In this document: piece after piece, positions 22,566 through 31,124 of the stretch
How the letters are laid out: each line of letters opens with the position of its first letter
Position numbering within the stretch: position 1 is the stretch's first letter
Source: an uncultured archaeon
Lineage (GTDB): Archaea > Thermoproteota > Bathyarchaeia > Bathyarchaeales > Bathycorpusculaceae
NCBI GenBank assembly: GCA_963810275.1
Contig: CAWENF010000019.1
Coordinates: 32,001 to 96,000 of the forward strand
Length of the DNA: 64,000 nt
Direction: 5' to 3'
The notes under the pieces: model-generated
Database searches by the model: none
What the model was told of the DNA's origin: nothing
Seen by the model: only the letters and a program-made list of their open reading frames with translations
Position numbers and translations under genes: made by a program

Positions 22566-22776
22566 GATGTTTTACCTCGATAATTTAGTTCCGAATGAAA
22601 ATAAAAAGAACGCACGATTTAAGAGTTACTAACAATTAGAAATCAACACTTTAAACAGCGAAAAGGCTTAACTTATCTCCAGAGGCCAGGGTGTAACTCT
22701 CGAAAATTTTATGAGCACATATATAAGGCACTGAAGTTCATATTTGCAACAAAAGAATCAATAGGAGAACGAAAGA

Positions 22777-23070
22777 ATGCCATTTAAGCGAAAAAGCCGA
22801 GGAAGATCAAAAGGCAGCAAAGGAAGTAGCACACTAGTTCAATGCGTTAACTGCGGATCGATGGTGCCGCGTGATAAAGCTAAGAAATCCACACGCCGCG
22901 TCTCATTCGTCGAACCTCAACTTGCCAAGGAGCTTCGCCAAAAAGGCACATTTTTAGCTTCTTGGGTTGACACAAAGTATTACTGCATTTCATGTGCAGT
23001 GCACCGTGGCATCGTTAAGGTCAGAGCCGAGAACGAACGCCACACAAAATATAGACGTCAAAGATACTAA
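22777..23070 (+). CDS. rps26e: 30S ribosomal protein S26e
   Basis: VQCVNCG..VPRDKA and YYCISCAVH motifs. Confidence 0.97.
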   Translation: MPFKRKSRGRSKGSKGSSTLVQCVNCGSMVPRDKAKKSTRRVSFVEPQLAKELRQKGTFLASWVDTKYYCISCAVHRGIVKVRAENERHTKYRRQRY

Positions 23071-23089
23071 GCGGCAATTTACTGCTTAC

Positions 23090-23720
23090 TTACTTTTTCT
23101 TTAGTTCCCTGTAAACATGCCACACCCTCTGCAGAACGGTAATTATCGACAACAACGCAATTAACGCCACACCAAAGCCGAGGGCAGGCAACCAGAAAAA
23201 TGCAGCTATGCTGGCGGCAGCCAAAATCAACATCCGCTCCGCGCGCTCAGCAATGCCCACCGACTCCATTTTCACATCCATAACTTCGGCGCGAGCGCGG
23301 GTATAGCTGACAAGCATAGACGCAATCAAAGCCGACAAGGCAACTATAGTGCCCCAGTAAACGCTACCACTAAACGCGTAAACACATAAACCTGAAACTA
23401 TTATGCCTGCATAGGAGGCTGCATCTGCGAAGCGATCAAGAACGGAGTCAAAGAAGCCGCCGAAAGCTGAGGTCTGCTGGTATGTGCGGGCGACTATGCC
23501 GTCCATGGTGTCACTGAAGCCTGAGGCTAACATGAAAAACACTGCGAGAAGCAGAAGCCAAGGCATAGACGTGGAGGCTAATGGCGTAGCACACGGCGGA
23601 TGCAATGGCTAAGATGAAGCCGATTACGCTTATGATGTTTGGGGTTAACCCCATTTTATGTGCGATTTTGGCTTCGATTTGGAATATTTCTTGGATTTTC
23701 CTTTTAAATTGGGTAAGCAA
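23090..23720 (-). CDS. CDP-alcohol phosphatidyltransferase (archaetidylinositol-phosphate synthase-like), frameshifted near 23582
   Basis: TPN, DTMDGIVAR...GGFFDSVLDR, SYTRARAE and ERAER motifs. Confidence 0.92.
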
Positions 23721-23929
23721 ATTTATGCGTCTCGAGCGGTGTTGTAGCCAACTAGGGGGTTGGCTGTAGAAAAGCCTTTCTTAACTTGTCGTTTAGCCTT
23801 TTAGGCAGCCAAAGGGTTTTTTCAATGTACTTATTAGGGAGGAATTCCAATAGATGGCAGTAACGTTCCATGCGCCTTAAAAACGCAGTTTAGCGACGTT
23901 ACACAAAGATTCATAGGAAGTAAAATGAT

Positions 23930-24217
23930 ATGACTGAAAATGCAGACGTTATCTTCGTCGGAAACAAACCCCCAATGAGCTATGTTCTGGCAATTATCAC
24001 AAGCCTCTCCTCGGGCAAACTCAACGAAATCACCCTCAAAGCAAGGGGCCAAGCCATAACAACCGCAGTTGATGTAGCAGAGATCGCAAGAAACCGCTTC
24101 ATAAAAGACCTCAAAGTGACCAAAATCGCAATCGGAACTGCAGAGATGCCACCACGCGAGGGCGAGAACAAGTCCAGAATGGTTTCCACCATGGAGATAA
24201 CCCTTACCAAAAAGTAA
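23930..24217 (+). CDS. albA: DNA/RNA-binding protein Alba
   Basis: FVGNKPPMSYV and KARGQAITTAVDVAE motifs. Confidence 0.97.
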   Translation: MTENADVIFVGNKPPMSYVLAIITSLSSGKLNEITLKARGQAITTAVDVAEIARNRFIKDLKVTKIAIGTAEMPPREGENKSRMVSTMEITLTKK

Positions 24218-24475
24218 ACTGGAACTGGACATGTATTATAACAGTTTAAAATAACAAACCCACATCTTTATTTTTTAATTTTCTTTTGGAGTTTTTCATA
24301 TGGCTGCCTGATCTTCAGACTGTTTTACGCTTACAAAGAATGCGAGATTAACACCTGATTTTTTTAAACAAGTGCATATTTTGTGGGGACATCCTCCATG
24401 GCGGAAAACGGCTGTCTAGGAACACAACTTTAATAGCGCCATATGTTACTTTCAACAGCCAAAGGGGGAACACGC

Positions 24476-25753
24476 TTGGCTTTAGATGCAGTGCTAACCG
24501 CAATCGTAACTATCTGTATATTGGTCTTCTCAGCAAAGATACTGGGCGAAGTGTTCTCCTGGAGAAAAATTCCCTCGGTACTAGGCGAGTTGTTCGCTGG
24601 GGTGCTTCTTGGACCTTTCGCGCTTGGTTCACTTCTTGCCATCAATGGCACACAGCTTATAGAAATAAACGAAATAGTGCGAGCTTTTGGCGAAATCGGC
24701 GGCATCCTTATCCTCTTCATTGCTGGTTTAGAAATGACTTTTCGTGACTTCCGCAAAGTCGGAACCGCAGGCTTTGTAATCGGAACAGTCGGAGTAGTTG
24801 TCCCCTTCGTTATGGGTTATGGAATTACAATTTTGCTAGGCTATGACGTGATATCGGCACTAGTAATTGGTGCAGCGTTGGTCGCCACAAGCATCTCCAT
24901 TACTGCCCTTGTGCTTCAGGAAATAAATCAGACTAGACGCATCGAAGCCCGAATGATGATTAGCGCAGCCGTCGTCGACGATGTGTTAGGCTTAGCGATT
25001 TTAGGCGTAATCGTCTCGTTCATATCCACCGCCACCCCCATAACACCGTTAAACGTTGTCGTAGTTATCGCCACCTCACTGGGAATTTGGCTAACCATGA
25101 CCGTATTTGCCTCGCTAATTTTGCCGCGGCTAATCAATCTAACCTCAAAAGGCAAAACCGAAGGAACCGTGGAAGCCGCAGCTACTGCTTCATGCTTCGG
25201 AGCTTCAGCCTTAGCCGCAGCGCTTGGCTTGTCACCCATCGTTGGGGCATTTGCAGCTGGAATGGCAGTGGCAAGCTCAAAAGCCATAGATAAAATCCGT
25301 GACTACTCAAAAAAACTCAGTGTGGTCTTCTCGCCTGTATTCTTCGCTTTAGCGGGAGCTCAATTCGACGTAAGAGCCTTTTTGACTTCAGACTGGACAT
25401 TTTACGCTTTCTTTGCGATTATAGTTATAATTGCTTTTGCAAGCAAAATGATTGGGTGCGCACTACCAGCCGCGTACTTCCTTAAGAGCAAAAGCAAGGG
25501 CTACAAAGTGGGTTACGGCATGGTTTCTAGGGGCGAAGTCGGGTTAATTGTGGCTGGAGTCGCAATATCTGCCGGCGCAATAACCCAGAGCACTTACGCA
25601 GCCATTTTGGGTATGATTATGATTACTACGGTTTTGGCTCCGGTGCTGCTTAAAAGGTCCTACGAGAAGGATCATGAGAAAGCAGAGGAAGAAACTGAAC
25701 CCGAAGTTGATACTACTGCTCCTGATTACATCCCCACATACCCCTTGGACTAA
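24476..25753 (+). CDS. Cation:proton antiporter (CPA2)
   Basis: ATSISIT, AAVVDD, GAFAAG and RGEVG motifs; TTG start after GGGGG. Confidence 0.94.
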   Translation: MALDAVLTAIVTICILVFSAKILGEVFSWRKIPSVLGELFAGVLLGPFALGSLLAINGTQLIEINEIVRAFGEIGGILILFIAGLEMTFRDFRKVGTAGFVIGTVGVVVPFVMGYGITILLGYDVISALVIGAALVATSISITALVLQEINQTRRIEARMMISAAVVDDVLGLAILGVIVSFISTATPITPLNVVVVIATSLGIWLTMTVFASLILPRLINLTSKGKTEGTVEAAATASCFGASALAAALGLSPIVGAFAAGMAVASSKAIDKIRDYSKKLSVVFSPVFFALAGAQFDVRAFLTSDWTFYAFFAIIVIIAFASKMIGCALPAAYFLKSKSKGYKVGYGMVSRGEVGLIVAGVAISAGAITQSTYAAILGMIMITTVLAPVLLKRSYEKDHEKAEEETEPEVDTTAPDYIPTYPLD

Positions 25754-25832
25754 AAAGAGTAAACGCCTATGCAACTTTTTTCCCTTTCCTGGTACAGCTG
25801 AATCTTATTAGTTGCTAAAACCAGAAGGTTGG

Positions 25833-25976
25833 CTACGGCAAAAGACAGCATAGCAGGCAAGATAATACAGTTTCGTCTGCGCAAACATTGAATCTTCTAG
25901 AACCACAAATTCCCACACAAAACCGACAAATCAGGCCAGCCAAAACATGAAAAAACAGTAATTTGTGGTTGTTCAT
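25833..25976 (-). CDS. Small Cys-rich hypothetical peptide
   Basis: 47-aa ORF with 7 Cys; GGGTGAG just upstream of the ATG. Confidence 0.3.
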   Translation of the reverse strand: MNNHKLLFFHVLAGLICRFCVGICGSRRFNVCADETVLSCLLCCLLP

Positions 25977-26075
25977 ACTCACCCTTAGTTTCATTGGAGG
26001 GGTTGGCTGGTTATTAAGCTGACGGATCCCCAAAAATAGCTAAAAGTAAACTAAGTTGAAAAGAAGGTTGGATTC

Positions 26076-26744
26076 TTATTCTCTGCTTGAAAGCACCAAA
26101 ATGTAGTCTGCCGTGTCAGCGCACATGTCGGCTGCTTGCTCAATAAACTCGATAAAGTCATCAAAGATGACCAGTGCACCGCAGTTCATTGAGGCACCAT
26201 ACTTGACAAAGAGACTCTTTGAGTTGAGGTATTCCTCGTCTATGGCGTGTTCGATTTCGCCGACTTTTTTGGCTTCTTTGATGGCTTCGCCGGGGGCGAT
26301 GGAGATTTTTTCGATGCTGTTGCGAAGCGTCTGGGCGGTTTCCACAAGTTTAGTTGTCATGAAAACGGTTTTTTGTCCTAGTTCCTTTGGAATTTCGGTT
26401 TCACCCAGCATTTCTAGGCAGCGCGCTGCGTCTTTGGTGTGGTCTGCCAAAGTGTCTAGGCGCTTAACAAGGTGTAGGAGGTCTTCTCGGTAATCTGAAA
26501 CCAACGCGGCGCCTTTGGATAACTCCAGGAAAGTGTCCGTACGTAGGACATCAACTAATTCTTCGGCTTTGTAGAGGTTTTCAATGTACTTTTGCGCTTC
26601 GCTAAAATTTTGTTCAGAGAAAGCTTTGGTTGCTTTCTGTAACCAAGTGACTGTGTCAAACGCTTTTGTTATCTGTTCATGGGCGAGTTCTAAGCCTCTG
26701 CTTTTGCGGCGTTGCTCGAACCAGTCGTAACTTTTCTTTTCCAC
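26076..26744 (-). CDS. DUF47 / TIGR00153 phosphate transport regulator (PhoU-like)
   Basis: E..VD.LR, REDLL.L...LD.LAD, EH.ID and E..AD.C.D.AD repeats. Confidence 0.92.
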   Translation of the reverse strand: MEKKSYDWFEQRRKSRGLELAHEQITKAFDTVTWLQKATKAFSEQNFSEAQKYIENLYKAEELVDVLRTDTFLELSKGAALVSDYREDLLHLVKRLDTLADHTKDAARCLEMLGETEIPKELGQKTVFMTTKLVETAQTLRNSIEKISIAPGEAIKEAKKVGEIEHAIDEEYLNSKSLFVKYGASMNCGALVIFDDFIEFIEQAADMCADTADYILVLSSRE

Positions 26745-27115
26745 TACACCATCTCCAGTTATAAAGAAAATATCATATCCTTGAGATATAACCCTTGTCT
26801 ATACCCGCAGGTTAAATCCATAAAGTTTGATTGATTGGCACCCATTTCTTAATTGTAACAATCGGGTATAGCATAAACCAAGTCTACGAAGTCATATCTT
26901 GTTTTTGCTTGATGTTTACTTTTTGTATTTTGTTTCAATTTTTCCCCTCGAAGAAAAATTTAGATGTGGTCAAGCACCATACAAGTTCGACTTTTGCAAG
27001 ATGTTTTGTTTTTTGTTTTGCATGATACACACCACTTCAAGTAGATTTCGTTCCTATAGAGTAACCCAAATAATCTATATAGACTTAGGGAACCCTAAAT
27101 TATTATATTAAAAAT

Positions 27116-28045
27116 TTAGGCGTCCAGAACAATCTTCGCCAATGCTGTCTTATCCGCAAGCGACCGCATAACCGTATCAGCAATAATAACCTCAACTCCC
27201 AATGCTTTAACCCGAGGCGCCTCAGCAAAGTCTTTTTCATCAATCACAAACACATCCATAAAATCCGAGTAAAGCCCTGCCACACCGGCAGTGGATGCCT
27301 CAAAACCCATCGCCCTAAGCATGTGGTCTGCGGGACCCTTAATGGCTTTGCCCTCAACAATCGGACTAACCCCAACCACACGTGCAGATGTTTGCCGCAG
27401 CGCATCCCTGACTCCCTTGACAGAGAGGATAGTGCCCACGCTAACCAGAGGATTACTTGGGCAAACCACCACCAAATTTGCCTGCAAGATCGCCTCTAAA
27501 ACCCCTGGCGCTGCTGTAGCCGAGTCGGCTCCGTCGAATTCGATTCCTAAAATTTCAAGTTGAAACCGGTGTTTGACGAAGTATTCTTCGAAATTCATTG
27601 TACCAATATGGGTTTTGATTTTTGTTTGGAAGTGAGTGTTGCTCATGGGTAAAATCTTGTTTTTCAAACCTAAACGGCGGCTTATTTCGGTGGTGACTTC
27701 AGCAAGGGTTTTGCCCTGCCCTAGTTGGGTGGTGCGGTAGATGTGGGTGGCTAAGTCACGGTCGCCTATGTTAAACCATGCGTCCACACCGTAGCCCTTG
27801 AGTGCTTCAAGGAAGTGGAAGGTATCGCCTTTTATTCCCCAACCTTTTGCTTCATCCACGATGCCTGCCAAGGTGTAGGTGACGATATCTACGTCTGGAG
27901 AAATGTGGAGCCCGAAGAGTTTTATGTCGTCGCCAGTGTTGGCTATCACGGTTAAGTCTGCAGGGTTTATGTGTTGTACTAAGCCGGTTAGGAATCGGGC
28001 TGCGCCTACGCCTCCTGCTAGCGCTGTGACTTTCAAAGTTTTCAC
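27116..28045 (-). CDS. cofD: 2-phospho-L-lactate transferase (F420 biosynthesis)
   Basis: LAGGVGAARF, NTGDD, SPDVD, GDRDLATH, PSNP and KGPA motifs. Confidence 0.96.
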   Translation of the reverse strand: MKTLKVTALAGGVGAARFLTGLVQHINPADLTVIANTGDDIKLFGLHISPDVDIVTYTLAGIVDEAKGWGIKGDTFHFLEALKGYGVDAWFNIGDRDLATHIYRTTQLGQGKTLAEVTTEISRRLGLKNKILPMSNTHFQTKIKTHIGTMNFEEYFVKHRFQLEILGIEFDGADSATAAPGVLEAILQANLVVVCPSNPLVSVGTILSVKGVRDALRQTSARVVGVSPIVEGKAIKGPADHMLRAMGFEASTAGVAGLYSDFMDVFVIDEKDFAEAPRVKALGVEVIIADTVMRSLADKTALAKIVLDA

Positions 28046-28135
28046 TCCTCAAACGGGTTTGATAGAACAAGGAGTATGCTGCTTTGCTGGGTTAATATTT
28101 GTTTAGAATTAAAGGGAAAATAAAGGTTGGAGAAG

Positions 28136-28855
28136 TTATTCTACTGGAGCTTCAGCAGCTTCTTCTTCGGGCAGTGGTTCTGCTTCTTCAGGTTCTTCCT
28201 CTTCTTCTTCGAATTCCGCTTCGTCAGCGACGCCGATAGGTTGAACGGTAGATACTGGAATTTCTGCTGGAGCTTTGATAAGCTTGGATTTGCGTATGCC
28301 GACGTGACGTAGTGGAGCGACCAGTTTAGCTTGATTGTAGATATCTGAGGCGATTTTACCTAGCACCATTTCTTGCACGAACTGGTCTAGTGAGAGTGTT
28401 ACAGCTTTTTGTTTGATTATTTTCTCCATCATTTCGCGGATGATTTGTTCCTGTGAGGTTTTAATGCGTGACAGAGTAAGCGCTGAGACGGATATGCGGA
28501 GTTTGAAGCCGTCTTTGGTGACTAGGTTGAATAAGCCGTCCACCTTGGTGGTTCTTCTGCGCACAAGGCTTCTCAGGTAGTCACGTGAGTATTCGTGTCC
28601 TTTGAAGAGAGTCCGTGCGGTTTTGCCTTCTATGGCGTGAATTTGGAAGAACATTTTGAGGTAGTGGTGTGAGAAGTCACCGGTGATGTCGAATAATGTT
28701 GCCTCGACTACTCTGCCTATAAGCATTTGTTCTTCTTGAGCAGGGATGCTGCCGAGCTCTATGTTGCCGAAGAACGATGGCGCGATAACCATGTACCATG
28801 TCTTTGCGCGCCACTTATCGCGTATGTGCTTTGCTGATTTCGTTTTTGCGGACAA
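28136..28855 (-). CDS. rps3ae: 30S ribosomal protein S3ae (eS1)
   Basis: DKWRAKTWY, DYLRSLVRR and PLRHVGIRKSK motifs; acidic tail. Confidence 0.97.
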   Translation of the reverse strand: MSAKTKSAKHIRDKWRAKTWYMVIAPSFFGNIELGSIPAQEEQMLIGRVVEATLFDITGDFSHHYLKMFFQIHAIEGKTARTLFKGHEYSRDYLRSLVRRRTTKVDGLFNLVTKDGFKLRISVSALTLSRIKTSQEQIIREMMEKIIKQKAVTLSLDQFVQEMVLGKIASDIYNQAKLVAPLRHVGIRKSKLIKAPAEIPVSTVQPIGVADEAEFEEEEEEPEEAEPLPEEEAAEAPVE

Positions 28856-28908
28856 ACTTTATTTCTCCGAGACGAACCACAACATTCTCAAGCCAATATA
28901 TAAAACTT

Positions 28909-30198
28909 TTATTGCTTAGCTGTTATTTTTTCTCTGTTACCCATGTATTTTCGTAGCACTTCAGGGATATTCACTGTGCCATCCTCGTTTTGGTTGTTCT
29001 CCAACAGCGCAACTATGGTTCTGCCAGTGGCGATGGCTGTCGAGTTTAAGGTATGCAATGGCCCAACTGGTGGGGCGCCTTCTTTTAGTCTATACTTAAT
29101 GTTTAGACGACGGGCTTGATAATCGGTGCAGTTACTACAGGACACAACCTCGCGGTAATCGCCTTGTGCGGGCATCCAGGCTTCGAGGTCATATTTTTTG
29201 GCGGCTACTGTGCCGATGTCACCTGTGCAGACGTTAACGACGCGGTAGGCTAAGCCGAGTTTCTGAAGGATGTTCTCTGCGTTTGCCAATAGTTCCTCGT
29301 GTAGTGCAGGTGAGTCTTCAGGTTTGCAGAAGACGAATTGCTCGATTTTGTTGAATTGGTGGGTGCGGAAAATGCCCCGGGTGTCTTTTCCGTGGGCTCC
29401 GGCTTCCTTACGGAAACATGTGCTGACTCCAGCGTATTTGATGGGGAGGTCATCTATTTTGAGGGTTTCGTTCATGTACAGGGCAGCTATCGGATGCTCG
29501 CTGGTGGCGATTAGGTATAGGTCTTCGCCCTCGACTTTGTAGAGCACATCGGCAAAGTCCGCCAGCGAAGTAACACCCTCGTAGGCGGCTCTCGACATCA
29601 AGTAAGGCGGCACAACGGGGATATAGCCGGCTTTTGTGAGTTCATCCATTGCAAAACTCATCAGCGCCATGTCCAAACGCGCTACGTCGCCTTTGAGGTA
29701 GAAGAAGCGTGCACCAGCCACTTTGCCAGCTCGCTCCATATCCACCTGGTCCAGCGCCAATGCCAAATCAATATGGTTTTTAACTTGGAAACTGAACTGT
29801 GGCGGTTCGCCACATTTCTTAACCGTCACGTTATCCGCTGACTCTTTGCCGTAGGGCACGGTTGAGTCAAGCAGGTTTGGTAATGTGAGGAGATAGTTGC
29901 GGATTTGGGCTTCTTGCTGGCAGACTTCTTTTTCGGCCGCCTTGATTTTCTGGTCGACTTCAACGGCTTTTTGGAATTGGACATCGGCGTTTTGGCATGC
30001 TTTTTTGAGTGTAGCTATTTCGATTGTAACTTGTTTACGGTCGTGGCGCAGGTCATTTAGTTTGGTGCTGTTGGCGCGCCACACCTTGTCCAAGGCGATG
30101 AGGTCGTCTAGTATTTTGAGGCATTCAGCACTGTTGCGTTTAGCCAAGTTTTCCCTGACAATCGCCGGATTTTCTCTGATGAGCTTAATGTCTAACAT
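28909..30198 (-). CDS. serS: Serine--tRNA ligase
   Basis: LIATSE, FRKEAG, HQFNKIE, SCSNCTDYQ and HTLNST motifs. Confidence 0.98.
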   Translation of the reverse strand: MLDIKLIRENPAIVRENLAKRNSAECLKILDDLIALDKVWRANSTKLNDLRHDRKQVTIEIATLKKACQNADVQFQKAVEVDQKIKAAEKEVCQQEAQIRNYLLTLPNLLDSTVPYGKESADNVTVKKCGEPPQFSFQVKNHIDLALALDQVDMERAGKVAGARFFYLKGDVARLDMALMSFAMDELTKAGYIPVVPPYLMSRAAYEGVTSLADFADVLYKVEGEDLYLIATSEHPIAALYMNETLKIDDLPIKYAGVSTCFRKEAGAHGKDTRGIFRTHQFNKIEQFVFCKPEDSPALHEELLANAENILQKLGLAYRVVNVCTGDIGTVAAKKYDLEAWMPAQGDYREVVSCSNCTDYQARRLNIKYRLKEGAPPVGPLHTLNSTAIATGRTIVALLENNQNEDGTVNIPEVLRKYMGNREKITAKQ

Positions 30199-30602
30199 GA
30201 TGGGTCACGCAGGTGTGTTTTGTTACAGTGGAAAAGAGCATTTTAACTTTGCCATGCAGGCGGCTGTTGTGCCTCGGGCACTTTTGTGCTCTCTTCGATA
30301 GACGCCCTCGATTATGAAAGCAGAAGTATAGTTTTCTCTCTTAATGGATGTGTTTGGTCTTTACGCCACCACAAAGGGGCTTTAACGGCAAACTGCGTTT
30401 TGGCTCCTGCCGGTTTCTCAGCGCTTTACGTGATGTGGCAACAGAGTCTTCTTTGCACATGCGGCATGGAAACGATTGTTTGTGTGCATGGCGGCATTTT
30501 GTGTGAAACAATCTTTTTGGCAAGATAGCTTGTGCGGTGAGAATTTGCTTTAGGAAAATTTTAAAGCAGCATCTAACCAACTCTAATCAAAGGTGATATC
30601 GG

Positions 30603-30809
30603 TTGGGCGCTGAACGTGTAATCCACGCATCAATATTCTGCCTACTACTTGCAGGAGTGGGTGCATTGTGTTTTTGGGCAACCTCCAACTATGTGTCCTT
30701 CCAAGACAATCTCAGCCTTTTCATCGCTACTGTATCTCTCAGCTGGGGTATACTTCTGCTGGCGCTGTATCTAGTTTTCAGCAAAATGGACTGGAAATGG
30801 TGGATCTAA
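30603..30809 (+). CDS. Small two-TM membrane protein
   Basis: AGGTGAT RBS followed by TTG; two hydrophobic helices. Confidence 0.65.
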   Translation: MGAERVIHASIFCLLLAGVGALCFWATSNYVSFQDNLSLFIATVSLSWGILLLALYLVFSKMDWKWWI

Positions 30810-30969
30810 ATCAGCGTTTGCTGAGCTCTATACCTAAAGGAGTAAAGAAAAGGAAAATTGAACATTACACTATCGCAACGTAACTTTTAGAGCCCTTTCA
30901 GCCAACCCCGCATCCACTTCAATTTTTTTCCGTTCCATTCGCGGGTACAGACATTATTTTCAATTTTTT

Positions 30970-30997
30970 CTAATAAGCTTCGCTCACTTAACGTGAG
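30970..30997 (-). promoter_or_regulatory. Operator CTCAC-N5-GTGAG plus TATA-like box (copy 1)
   Basis: Same sequence and spacing as the element at 33853-33880. Confidence 0.6.
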
Positions 30998-31124
30998 TTG
31001 TGAAACCCACATCAAAAGGATTGTGTGAAATGGTAAAAACAGATAACTACAGAGAAACTCGAAGCGGTTGGGCTATGTTAAACAAAAAAAGAAAAGAAAG
31101 GGATTTTTGGTTTTTGTTGGGAAT

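Noticed and set aside
23745-23768. Hairpin AGCCAAC/GTTGGCT upstream of the CDP-alcohol transferase
   Set aside because: It is a single short stem with no supporting features.
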